A model generated the notes under the pieces. It was given only the letters and a program-made list of their open reading frames with translations. It made no database searches and was not told the origin of the DNA. Source: Geosiphon pyriformis uo1 (taxonomy: Eukaryota; Fungi; Glomeromycota). Taken from it: DNA of 64,000 nucleotides. This document shows, one piece after another, positions 27,430-39,939 of the stretch. The translations under genes were made by a program, and so were the position numbers. How positions within the stretch are numbered: the stretch's first letter is position 1; each line of letters begins with the position of its first letter. The stretch spans positions 242,052-306,051 of the forward strand of contig JAAOMT010000183.1 in the NCBI GenBank assembly GCA_016748015.1. The letters are read 5' to 3'.

Positions 27430-29269
27430 GTGAATTACGAAATGATGAATTAAGGTTGAGACTTTTCGAAGTACAAGTTATTTATTTTCATAAGCAACAA
27501 GAAATTTCAAATTTAGCCCACAGATAAAATCCATTTCCGTTCTCGGGCGTCTACCTGCAGCTTCAAGGTTTTAATATTAAATTTTTTACATTAAATTTTA
27601 ATTGGGAATATGCAAGTAATATAATTGTCACGATGATGATGATATTTAACGATTTTTTGAATATCTCATTTTTGCGATAGTATTGATTCAAAAATTGGGA
27701 GAACATTACCAGGTTTGTCAAAGATTATATGGTCTTTTTCATTATTACTCTTCTCAGAATATTTTTTTGAAATAGAAAATGGTCTAATCTTGTTCTATAC
27801 GCTTATAGAAAAGGCTTGAATATATATACATGTAATAAAGAAGTAAACTAAAAATATTATTTTGAATATAATAAGCCGATAAATAATGATCCATAAAAAA
27901 CCGTCTAATAATATTGGATGCGACGCTTTAGTGATTAACTCACCTTAAATTTGTTTAACTCATAGCTAATTAAATTTTAATTTTCTTTTTAAACACTAAG
28001 CTTTTTTTTATAATTGTCGATCGGGGAACCAATGATTTCTGAGATCTTGATTTTTTAAAGTTTAAATAAAAGATTTAAGTATCTAAAAGCATTAAAATTT
28101 TACGCCTATTACATAAATTGTGCTAATATCATATTGATAAAAACAGAATGAAATCTTGGCATTTTAAAAAAAGAAATTAAGATCAAAGGTAAATGAGAGC
28201 GTCAACATGAAAATAGAATGGTAATAAGATTATTTTATTATCGATCTGAAATTTCAAATAAATGTATCCCTTTTTTTAAAAATTTAAACCATTATTATTC
28301 ACATCATTAACATAATAAATCGGGCAAGGCTGAGGTTGAAAAAAATTTCTTTTTAGATTGGTTTTTCTTGATCCCTTCCTCAAAGAACTTCTGTTTATAA
28401 GAAATGACCATTATCTCTATGCAATCATTGATCTAAAGAAGCAAAATTACTTTCATAAATTTCATTCTAGATTGTACATACTTTTGGGTTAAAAAAAAGT
28501 TTTCATATTTCTAAATACTCGCATGAGTAGGAAAATCTGTACGCTCAAAGAAATTTAAATACATATGGACATGATCAATCGGAATACCCATAAAAGAGCT
28601 TATTGAGGTATCGAATTAAATTTCTAAGATTTCGAGCGACATTATTGATCAAAAATGGAAAAATTGAAATTTAACATCATTTGTGAGGTATCTCAACAAA
28701 ATAATATTACTATATTCGAATTAATTGCTGTTTGAATCAAGTTTTCTAAGGTAAAGTTATTGAAACTGTGAAAGACTTTCTTTTTTCTAATCTCATCATT
28801 GGTATGAAAAATTCTTTAGGTGGCACCCAAAGTGAAAGCCTAAAATTTATCCTTTTTAATTTGTGGTAGAAATTCAAGCAAAGCTTGTGAAATTAGTTGA
28901 TTACTAACAATTCTCACTGAGTAAAAGGCGAAAATCTCATTTTTTGTTTTCTATATATTTCAACTTGGTACGAGAGCAGGAACCCAAATACTTTTCTTAC
29001 TGGTTTGATTTTATTTTGTACCTACAACATCTTTAGCATAAAATACTATGAGAAATTATGATAGGACTTGTTTGATAAATAAATTAAGGCCTATCTTGAA
29101 TCTTAGAGTGAATATTAATATTAAATTGGGGAAATAAAATCTAATAAATGGTAGGAAGTTTTTGAGAGTATGTTTTTTTGCTAAAGTTGTTTCATATAGA
29201 CATGGTGATTTAAATCATACATACTGGCTTAGCTTTTAGCTCAAAAAATTATAAATCAATATACATGTA

Positions 29270-29410
29270 CAGTCAACTCTTTAAGTGCACGTCTTCTGGG
29301 CCAGCCCTAGTGCGTGCATTTAAGGATAATGTGCATTCAAAGAACGCTTTCAAATTCTAGATCATACAATTTGTGACTAGAAAAGAGCGCGCATTTATGG
29401 GAGTTGACTG
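29270..29410. mobile_element. 141-bp MITE of the Tc1/mariner-pogo type
   Basis: TA|CAGTCAACTC...GAGTTGACTG forms a perfect 10-bp terminal inverted repeat that extends imperfectly to about 20-30 bp. An internal repeated motif (TAAGTGCACG / CGTGCATTTA / TGTGCATTCA / CGCGCATTTA) is present. No ORF. Confidence 0.8.
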
Positions 29411-30631
29411 TTTAATTATGCATCTCTTACTTGAATTCTTTTTATTTAAGAAACAAACCAGCCTGTTCCAAGAAAAAAGGAATTTAGGTTTATCAAATGT
29501 TAGAATGTAATTTTTTTTACTAAATTTATTTTTAAGTTTAGTTCGAAAGAATAATTTTTACCAAGAGCTTCCTTGTACATGTATCCATAAATCCACAATT
29601 TTTCCTTTGTAGATATGTGTCTCGACCCAATCCAGATGTCTATTGATTTTTGAGATGATATTGTTTTCTAAATTGAAACTTTTGCATTACATATCTTGTG
29701 TTTAAAAAAAACTTTTCTAATATTTCTGAAAGCCTAATATGAAATATTTCAAACTTGAGTGATTTCTGCGTTTTGAGAATATAGTATTGATTCTTGATAG
29801 CTTTTGCCGTCTGCTGAGTGAAATATCTTTTTGCGATAATTTTTCATTTTGAACTATGTTACCTTCGAGCCCCAATCAAAGTTATAATTTCTTCGAAATT
29901 CCATTTCTTAATTGAGAAGCGGTCAGTGACTCATTTCATATATTAAACTATTTTTTTGCTTATTAAATTTATTATAAAAGGTATTCTCCTAAACTTAAAA
30001 AATAACATATACTAATGATTTAAGAATAATTTAACTCGAAACGAAAGCTAAATAGTGAAGAAACTCTTTAATTTATTTTAAAGTAAGCTTTGGATAAGTC
30101 ATAAACTTGAAGATGGAAAGTTTTATTTTTAACTTTTTTATTCAAAATCTTTAAGTGTAATGTATTTACAAATAAAAATAATGAATTTTTTTTTTGAAAA
30201 AAATTCATAATTATTAAAGCAATTAAGAGATTAAATTAAAATTTTAACAAGTACTTTGTGCGCTCAAGAACTTCAATAAATTCGAAGTGTGTTTTTTGTG
30301 ATCATCGTTCAGTAGACATATTTCAATGAAAACAAAAGGAGAATACATTTATTTATTCAAAAGTTGAAAGTTTTTGCTTCACTTAATTCGTCTCTATCTT
30401 TAACTTTTAGATGTCATTTTATTCTAGTATTGTAAAATTTCTACTGATAATTTGGTAACTCTTAGGTTTTGAAATTTCTATTAAATTCATCGCATTAACA
30501 TTAGCAAGCGCAAAGTAACTTTTCAGGATTATCGTTTCGAAAGAGAAAATGAACTTGCTAATTAAAGTTTTTAGAAGATATTTTTAAAGAAATTAATATT
30601 TTAAAAATTGAAAAAAAGTTTTTATTTCCCA

Positions 30632-31422
30632 NNNNNNNNNNNNNNNNNNNNNNNNNNNNNNNNNNNNNNNNNNNNNNNNNNNNNNNNNNNNNNNNNNNNN
30701 NNNNNNNNNNNNNNNNNNNNNNNNNNNNNNNNNNNNNNNNNNNNNNNNNNNNNNNNNNNNNNNNNNNNNNNNNNNNNNNNNNNNNNNNNNNNNNNNNNNN
30801 NNNNNNNNNNNNNNNNNNNNNNNNNNNNNNNNNNNNNNNNNNNNNNNNNNNNNNNNNNNNNNNNNNNNNNNNNNNNNNNNNNNNNNNNNNNNNNNNNNNN
30901 NNNNNNNNNNNNNNNNNNNNNNNNNNNNNNNNNNNNNNNNNNNNNNNNNNNNNNNNNNNNNNNNNNNNNNNNNNNNNNNNNNNNNNNNNNNNNNNNNNNN
31001 NNNNNNNNNNNNNNNNNNNNNNNNNNNNNNNNNNNNNNNNNNNNNNNNNNNNNNNNNNNNNNNNNNNNNNNNNNNNNNNNNNNNNNNNNNNNNNNNNNNN
31101 NNNNNNNNNNNNNNNNNNNNNNNNNNNNNNNNNNNNNNNNNNNNNNNNNNNNNNNNNNNNNNNNNNNNNNNNNNNNNNNNNNNNNNNNNNNNNNNNNNNN
31201 NNNNNNNNNNNNNNNNNNNNNNNNNNNNNNNNNNNNNNNNNNNNNNNNNNNNNNNNNNNNNNNNNNNNNNNNNNNNNNNNNNNNNNNNNNNNNNNNNNNN
31301 NNNNNNNNNNNNNNNNNNNNNNNNNNNNNNNNNNNNNNNNNNNNNNNNNNNNNNNNNNNNNNNNNNNNNNNNNNNNNNNNNNNNNNNNNNNNNNNNNNNN
31401 NNNNNNNNNNNNNNNNNNNNNN
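30632..31422. other. Assembly gap (N run)
   Basis: A run of N; the ORFs spanning it are artefacts. Confidence 1.
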
Positions 31423-31762
31423 GAGATGGAAAATAATTTTTCTTTAAAAGCTCCCAATTATTGCCATGTTCCATAAAAGCCTTTAAAAGTATTTTCTTAT
31501 CCTCAGAGCTCCATTTTTGGTAGGTTTTTTGGCCAACCATTATATGATTACTTAGTTCAGCAACGGGCAACGATTTTTTTTCCTCTATAGAGGCAGGGGA
31601 GTTTTGATTTAACCTAACTGATGTGTTAATATGTCGAAGCCCATTTTTATAGATTTCGGTGTGTAATAATTTTTTAAATCCTTGACAAGACTGTCTTCCA
31701 GAAGGAATCTTTATAAAATTCAATAAAATCATTTGGTAGTGACCGATGTTTTCAAATGGCAT
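31423..31762 (-). CDS. Myb/SANT protein (Myb-C), 5' part only, truncated by the gap; presequence-like N-terminus
   Basis: KWSSEDKKILLKAFMEHGNNWELLKKNYFPS matches repeat 1 of Myb-A and Myb-B. The N-terminus contains LRHINTSVRLNQ. Confidence 0.85.
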
Positions 31763-32807
31763 CTAAAGTTGGGAAATTTTCAGGTGTTAATAAACTGAAA
31801 ATTTAGAGTAAACGATAACTGTAATTTAAGTTCATGCATCATAAAAAAATTACCAAAGGTAACCTATATTTTGATGATCCTTTTTCAATCGGTAATAAGG
31901 ATCCTGATGAAAGGTTATATGGGGTGTGCTGCAACAAAACCAGACAAAGCGAACATCAAGCAATTGTAGCTTTGGTTATTGAAAAGGCGTTATCTTTATC
32001 TTTTCGTTGGCTTCCTCCTCAGCACTCAGAATAACATTGCTGTTATCCCAGCTATCATCAAGATAGCTGGAATTAGTCATAAAAGAGATAATCACCTTGA
32101 ATTACTTTTATCTGAGAGCTGGGCATAAGGTTGGACCGTCGAATGCATTCATCTCTGGTGCCCAGCAAGGAGGATTAACCACACCACAAGAGGAAGAGAC
32201 ACAAACGCGGCTCTTTCTGAGACCTCCATCATCCTCTCGTCTGACCACCAGCCTCTTCCTCCGTTCCGTCGCGATGCCAATTACACAAGGTACAACCTTT
32301 CAAACAAATTCCTTTTAGTCATGACACCAGGATTGGTTTCCTGTGACTCCATTTGAGATGAATGAATATGGTGAAGTAGGAGATTTTTAAATTTTTAAAT
32401 TTTTCTGATTGTTTTATTCCACATGTTCCCTTTGTCTGGGTTTGTTGTCAAAAAATAAAAAAAGTAAATAAAAAAATATTTATTTTTATAGGCAATTAAA
32501 CTTTTATTAGTTCGTTGCTTAGTACTGATAAGCAAAATATTTGATTGGGCCTTTTTTCTGAATTTCGTTTATTTTCTGATTACAAGACAAAAAAAGAATA
32601 CATTTTTGTTTTTTTGATTATTCACTAAAAGTACATGGGTTAGATTTCTTATGACTAGCGATCGAATCTTAGTAAAAGCACCCTCAATGAAAATAATTCA
32701 GCCACAACTGATGATTAATCATCATCAGAATTACAAACGATGCCAATTATGGTAGATTATGTTTTAATTTCAAATTCGCAGGAAAAAGCTCCTTGACCAA
32801 GATATTA

Positions 32808-33499
32808 ATGTCACAGATTTTGCCAGACGATGTTTCGAACCTCATTTCGTGGGATTTACCGCTTGATGTTTTGATCCATATTGTTTCGCAACTTTTGGAC
32901 AATGCAAGGTTGGAAAATAATTTCGAGACGAAAACTTGACAAGATTTACAATCCGATTTTCTTTTTTTTGTTTTCACAGCATTTCTCATGTTTGGAAATT
33001 ACGAGCAACATCACGAAGCTTTAAAGAGGCTTGCGAGACAGCTATTTTTGACCATCTGCGTAAGAGATTTCAATGGAGAATCTTCGCAAAGGTAACACGT
33101 TCAACTCAGGCTCAATAAAATATTGAAAAATATTAATAAGTCATTCCGTTTCGGTAGATTGCTGGAGATAGTTGGGATGGATGGGCTCTGAAGCTTATTC
33201 GATTAGCGGAACCTGTGCTAAGATTTTCTTTTGTATGTCATCCTCGTCCAAAGATACTTTCGATCGACAATGATAATTATTGTTTTTGGATTGAAGCAAA
33301 AATGTCTTCAGATCGAATGTTTCGTCCAGTACATCCAGCCGAGGATTGGCAAAAAGCGCCTAAAACATGGAGTAATATCATGATTCAGTCAATCTGGAAA
33401 GAAATAGAGGGGAAAAAAGCTAAAACTGTGATAGTTTTTGGCGTTGATATACTTTCAGAATGTCATCTGTTCGGAAGAATGGAGAATTTATTTCATTGA
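32808..33499 (+). CDS. Small F-box-like protein; 3 exons
   Basis: DLPLDVLIHIVSQL..SISHVWKLRATSRSFKEAC is F-box-like. Introns at about 32909-32979 and 33092-33157 link it in frame to ORF 33215-33499. Confidence 0.65.
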
Positions 33500-35349
33500 G
33501 AATGGTAAAAAACTTGACAAATTGTATCAGATTTTTTGTGATTGCTTGGGCTTTTCTGCGGTACCCAAATAACTTATTTTCGGAAAAGAGAAGCAATTTT
33601 TAATGTTTCGCCGTAATATTTTACGTCGACCTCGCTCATTAGATTTTTATGTCTCTGAAGATATCATTTTTACTTTAAAAATTTTTAATCTTCAATCATA
33701 GCACTGGAAAATCAGAATTGCTCTAATTTGTTTTTATGTAACAAAAGTTATTGTATCACCTGAGAAGATTTAGATATCATGTCTATTTTTGTAAATTTAT
33801 CAATTAGAATTTGTTAATTAATTTATGTACGAATATGCGTGTAAATAAATGATTGTGTTATGCTTCTATTACCACCTTGTTTACCCTTTCTAACATCTGC
33901 TATTTTATTGGAGCCAATCAAGAACCTCAATATTATTGTCCCTCAAACCACTTCTTGGTAATGTTTGGGGTCATTATCCGTTAGAGGGTGATGTTTTGTG
34001 TATCCAAATCAACTTGATGATCATTAAGACTTTTGATTTTTATATCTTGTAATTAAAATAGGACGATTTAAAATGTTTATCTGTATACAGTAAAATTTTC
34101 TGAAACTACTGGCAACTACCATCTTTTTCACTTCATACTGGTGACTTGTTAGAAATTTTATCGGTTTATTCTATATCAATGGAGGATAAATATTCTTTTT
34201 TTTTATTTTTGTGAGCTAATTCCAAAAATGACAGGAAATGATGATAAATCAATTAAGAGGTTTGGTGTTCCCTTCCAATTAAATTTTGAATAATTTTTTT
34301 TTAAAGTCGTGCCGACAACGATGACTTCCTGAAATACCTATTTTACATGATCTTATAAACATAATTTTATAATAGAAATAAGGCAATACTTGAGAGAAAA
34401 AAATATCTTGATTAAGGTTTCACATTTTTTAAAAGTAAAAGATCTTGAAAAACTTAAGAGTTACAAAAATTATTGGCTACCTAGCTTCGAAATCAAGGTG
34501 AATAAAAATATTTCAATATTTTTTCCTGAAGGTATATGTTTTGTATTTAGAAATTAAGTATCCTTTTTAATTTATCATGTTTTATTAACAATACCATTTA
34601 TTTAAAATAAAATTTTTTGAAAAAAAGTAAAAAAAGTATCTTTCAATCAAAGTTTTAATCTAAAAAGTAAAATACAAAGCAAGGAAGTTTAAATCAAAAA
34701 ATTTTCTAATCCAAAGATTTAAAATTATTTTGAATATATATCACATTTTTCAAAAACCTTATACATATATTTATAAAAGCTAAGGGAGTTGGCAGAGAAA
34801 ATAATAAATTCTTTGGTTTGATGAATTTAAAAGATTATAAACCTCATAGTTTTACATTATATTCTATAGAATTCCTTCAATTTTGAACTCAAAAATTTTT
34901 GGAATAAAAGGGCAACATATTACAATACGTCCATACATACTTCTGAAGAAAATTTCCAGCTTTCCTTGAGACCAAACTAATAAATTTTGCTTGCTAGGAT
35001 TAGAGAACAAAATAAATCTAACAGCTGTTAAGGCGAAAAATGCTGGAACCCTGAACAATTGTAAAAGATAACTAACCGTGAATTAATGAAGAATGAAGCA
35101 ATTATTAAGTTACTAGGTTTAAAGCTCAAGATCATTCCGTTAATCGAAGTGGGTCATAATACGTGTAAGTTAAAATAGTAGCATTAGATTCTATACTTTT
35201 GATATTGTGAAAAAGGTAGTTAATTTCCTTTATCAAAGTATTCATATTATTCGAAAACCTAATCTATCTCAATAGATTTTTAAATAAAAAAAAAATAACC
35301 ACAACTAAACTTGACATTTTCAATTTCGAAATCTTTCATCAAAAAATAT

Positions 35350-36661
35350 CTAAGACACTCCTTTTACACAATGTTCTTCTGACATCAGATGTCCAAAATA
35401 TGGTCCAAGATGGGGCCCATTGTCTTGTGCCAATTGACTTTCGTGATACTTATTATTGCAAACCTAAAAATTAGCGAGTTAGTTCATTAGTTTTTTGATT
35501 GGATGATTTTAAAATAAGAGTAAAAATAAAACCAGATGTAAAAAGTATCTTACCTCACTCTCTAAAATATCTAGTGAAGTGAGATCCGTTCCGCCAATAC
35601 AAAGGTAAACTTTATCAGAGCCATTTTCACATTCACAATCTTGTTCGACTATATACTCGGCAATAGGATGCCTTAAAAGTAGTTCAGTGTCCTTCTCCTT
35701 TGGGTCCTTTAGGAATGTCAATCGTGGCACATAATCATTTGTGTGTATGATTCGAAAGACGTTTAAATTTGGTTGTCTATTTATTATATTTACGAAATTT
35801 CTGTTCCCAATACGAGGTCCACCAAAGGTATAAACAAAAACCTGAATCTTGCTTATTGACTCTCTTTTACTTAGATCTATACCTAGTAAAACTGCATATG
35901 CTAGTTAGTATAAGAGCAAAAACATAGGATAAGTAAGGTTGTGGTTATAATTTTTCCAGAATTTAGGACGGTAACTCACCACCACTAAGACTATGCCCAG
36001 TAATCGAAATTCGTTCTAAAGTTTTAACTCCATTCAAAGGGGTTTTTAGAATCTCGCTTTGTTTCAACACTGCTCTTTCCACTAATTTGTAACTTTGAAA
36101 AATTTCTTTAATAATCCATGGGACATTCTTCTTTCGAGTAGTTAAATATTTCATTAGCTGGTAATCCTTATTAAGCCACTCTGATCTAGTAAGAACTGAA
36201 GCTTTTATTGATATAATCAAATGAGTGGGAGTTTCTTCTATTTTGACTATTTTTAAAGATAAAAAAATCATCAAATTATGGAATGAGAATACTTCCAACT
36301 GAGTTAAAACATTTATAAATTACCATAAGTTTGGTCCCCAATTAAATATTCTTCATTTTTAACAAGTTGCCTATCATTAAATAATTCCGTATTTTTTGGT
36401 TTCTTAGGGGTAGAACCTGCTATTTTAAATGATTTATTTTCGTAACTTCGACGGCGAAGTAAAAATTTTGTTGACTTTATTTTGCGTATGATTGTATCCT
36501 TGATTGTCTTTGGATATGTCAACTAAATTGTTTTTATTGTAAACCATTGAATATGCTCTGAACAACTCTAAAGTGAGGAATAATCCGGCTAAAACGATTA
36601 TGAAGAACAAATATCTTTGAAAAAAAGCATTTTTAGGAGTGAATGTAGTACTCGTTAACAT
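35350..36661 (-). CDS. Class-3 (fungal triacylglycerol) lipase-like protein; multi-exon, 5' structure unresolved
   Basis: ISITGHSLSG|AYAVLLG, VYTFGGPRIGNRNFV, FRIIHTNDYVPRL, RHPIAEY, last exon GPHLGPYFG. N-terminal hydrophobic segment YLFFIIVLAGLFLTL. Confidence 0.85.
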
Positions 36662-37074
36662 TTGTAATTTTTTTTTGATTAGAAATCTCCAACTTATAAA
36701 ATTATAATATTGAGAACGTACTATTTTCATCTTTAAAAATATTAATTATTCTAAAATTAATATTCTTTTGACCATTATATAGTGTTTACACTAAAGCGAT
36801 AGCTTTTGTCTGTTTTCAAGAGATCAAAAAAAATATCCTAACAATGTTATCATCTAATCCTAAAATATAAATACGGACAATTTGATAACTATAAACAATA
36901 ATGACGCGTTTGATATCCCTAATCCAACCAAGGAAAAAGATATACCATCAAAGACAAAATTTCAGTTTTCCGAATAATATTCAAACAATAATTTAGATGT
37001 ATGTCTTAATTAAAAACATTTCAAATTGAGATTTTAAAGAAATTGTATTTCTTTCACTCTCGTAAACTTTATGT

Positions 37075-37730
37075 CTACAAAAAAGGGCCAGATTCCTGAC
37101 ATTCATCGTCCTGACCGCTTACGCAAGTTTACTCGCCAAATCAGCAAAATTGTATAAGCGAATTATTTCGTTACGGTAGCCGAAATCAAACCACGACTCC
37201 AAGAAATGGATCCGGGGTTCAAAGTCGGCGAACGAACTGTCCGGGACGAGCTTTGTGTCACTCTCCTCATCGAAAGCTCCAAGGAGAATCGCTTGTAATG
37301 GGCACGTGACTATTTCCATTCCCCGACGAGACAACTTTGGAAACACCTTTTTGTCATAATTTCATGATGGACAACCTATAGCATCATCATCAATGGCAAA
37401 TCATTCCTTCAAGCTGACAATTAGCGTTTGGTTTTCATCTATTTAGAATAATTTGAACCATCATACCTAGAATGTAATAATAATAAACCACCTTTGTGAC
37501 AATGAGGCCAGGAAATGTGAACATAAATAGGTGTTCCAGCGAGTAATGATCTAAAAAACATTTCTAATAATATATTCATTAAGAATACTTTGGGTTTTGC
37601 AGCATAGCCTGAAGAAAAGTAAAATGAATTTTGGCAAAGAAGAAAACATGCATCTGTAGGTTCTATTGAGCTGGGAGAGGAAGAGTGGGTAAACCTTCCG
37701 TATATAATCAACAACATGCCTAGTCATAAT
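37075..37730 (-). pseudogene. Degenerate gene fragment of unknown family
   Basis: Locally GC-richer and coding-like, with splice-like sites. It reads YVHISWPHCHK ... AIDDDAIGCPS*NYDKKVFPKLSRRGMEIVTCPLQAILLGAFDEE..FEPRIHFLESWFDFGYRNE..LA*, with in-frame stops. Confidence 0.35.
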
Positions 37731-38897
37731 CAAGCTTGTATAGATGCCACACTAAATATTATTAGTTTTTATTAATTTTTTTATATTATAGCGTTGGTCT
37801 TAAGATATCTTTTATAAATTTTTCTCACCACCAGCTTGGTTGACATGAGCTGTGAACCCCAAGATAAAATTTACAATTGGGACATTTTATACCCAGGTAT
37901 CCTAAAAATATGCGGCACGATTTTTTTATCTATAAAATATAAAATCCCATTCATAGCCATATTGAAACTTTCGTTTGAAATTTTATTTTTAATTTTTTTT
38001 GAGATATTTTGTCATAGGTTTCTTTTTAGAAACATCTTTTTAGCAAATGGAAAAATTTTAAAATAGATTTATCACAAGATTTCATCAATTATTTACCCCA
38101 TTATTATTTTTCAAAAATCTCCAATTGGATATGCAATTATTTGCATAATCTTTTTTCGGATCATTAGATTCTCAACCTTTTTTAATTTTCCAAATATGTG
38201 GTATCTTGTACAACTCATTTGGTCATACCTGTTTTATTGTACACCATAAAAGTAGTTAATTAGTTATAATTTCATAGTTTCAAAAACTGAAAAATCCTAG
38301 CATCAAATACTTTACTACTAAAACTTTTTTCCGTTTTCGTTCTTTAAGGAGATAGCTTTTTAGTTATTTTACAAAATCAAGCCATATTTTGATTTTAACA
38401 ACAATGTTTGGAAATGTTTAAATGGAAAAAAGCTGACTTCAAATATTTAGGCCTCTTGCTCTTTATCAGGCTAAAAACATTTTTTTTTTTTTAAACAACA
38501 TCCGAAATATTTTAAATAGTCCAATTATTTTGGTGAAAATAATTATTTATTAGGCTATTTAAAGAAAACTATTCATATTATATTGCCTTGTGTTACAAAA
38601 TTTTTATTGAGAATTTTCTCTTGGTAAATCTCAATAAGAATATGAGTACAAAATAGGTTTAGGTTGCTCAACAAGCTTGTTTCTATTAAAGGTACTTTTT
38701 GCGTGATTCAAGTTTTTGAATTTAAGGAAAAATGCGCAGTCCAGTAACGAAATAAATTTAAAATAATTTCTGTTGTTTAAAAGTAGTTGCAGTAATTTAT
38801 AAATAAGATCAAGGTGATTTGTTTTTGAGACAAAATTTTTATGCGTTCACTCAAGAAACATTAAAAATAATTAAAATTTGACTTTTGAAAAAGAAAA

Positions 38898-39898
38898 ATG
38901 AGCAATTTTGATTTAAATAATGAGAAGAGTAACTCTGGTAATTATAAGCAAATAAAAATATCTTTATATATTTGAGAAGAATGAGCATTTTTATTATTAC
39001 AGATCAATGCTAAAAACATTAACACATTAGAAACAAGTACATTACATAACAACCAAACCTTAGTCATCAAAATAAGTGATTCAGATTTTAGTCAAACGAG
39101 CATTTCATCTGGTAATTTAAGCCCTTCATAATGTATGAAATTTTTATTAAACCCGGTATGCTTTCTATAAATGTATCGTTAAAAAAAATGGTCTACTTTT
39201 TGAAATCAATTTAGATCTCTCAAAACCCGTCTATCCACCTTATGCGCCCCATAAACCATCTCCAGAATACAATGATTATGATTTACCGGAAAACTTTTTT
39301 GAACAAATACTAGCAGCTGAAAAACAAGAAAAAGAAAAAAGAAAAAGTTTTCCGAATTCACAAATATCAAAAAAATCACGATTATCCCAAGTAATAAATA
39401 TTGGATTACAAGGTTTGTCATTGTGTCAAATTTTTAACGCCTTTATAAGTTGATAATCACATTTTTTTATTTGTTTCTATAGTGAATAATTCAGCCTCAA
39501 ATTTAACTAACATTAGTAACTCAAATCAAGGTAAGTTTCTTAAAAAGATTTAAAACTTCGTTTGTAATACTCGTTAACATTTATAAAAATATTCCTTCAT
39601 AACATCTTTAAATCATAGACTCTCGGATATCACTCCCCAGTGAAGGCGATCATAACTTGGAAATTGGGGATGCATCCCCAAATCTTAATGATAAATCAGG
39701 TGTGCGTTCGAATCGAAGAAATTTTTTTTCGCTTAGAATTCTCGGTTATTTAACCAGATTTTTTTGCTTTGTATCCCAGAAATGAAAAACCCAATATCCA
39801 TAATAAAAAATTGGAAGAAAATAATTTTAATATTTTTGATTTTAGCTTTTATTATTATAATTACTTTGACTGTAATATTGTGCTTTTTTATTCGTTAA
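38898..39898 (+). CDS. Small tail-anchored membrane protein; 6 exons, missed by the ORF track
   Basis: Five GT-AG introns, all phase 1, give MSNFDLNNEKSNSETSTL..DLSKPVYPPYAPHKPSPEYNDY..KNWKKIILIFLILAFIIIITLTVILCFFIR*. Confidence 0.7.
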
Positions 39899-39939
39899 AT
39901 TCTCTAGGTAAAATAATTTATTTATTTATTAATTAAATA

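Noticed and set aside
30558-31457. Long ORFs made of X residues (30558-31457, 30608-31447)
   Set aside because: Artefacts of translating the N gap.
32049-32071. Hairpin CCAGCTATC-ATCAA-GATAGCTGG and the GC-richer stretch to about 32390
   Set aside because: A single 9-bp stem with no flanking element structure; the adjacent ORFs are short and motif-less.
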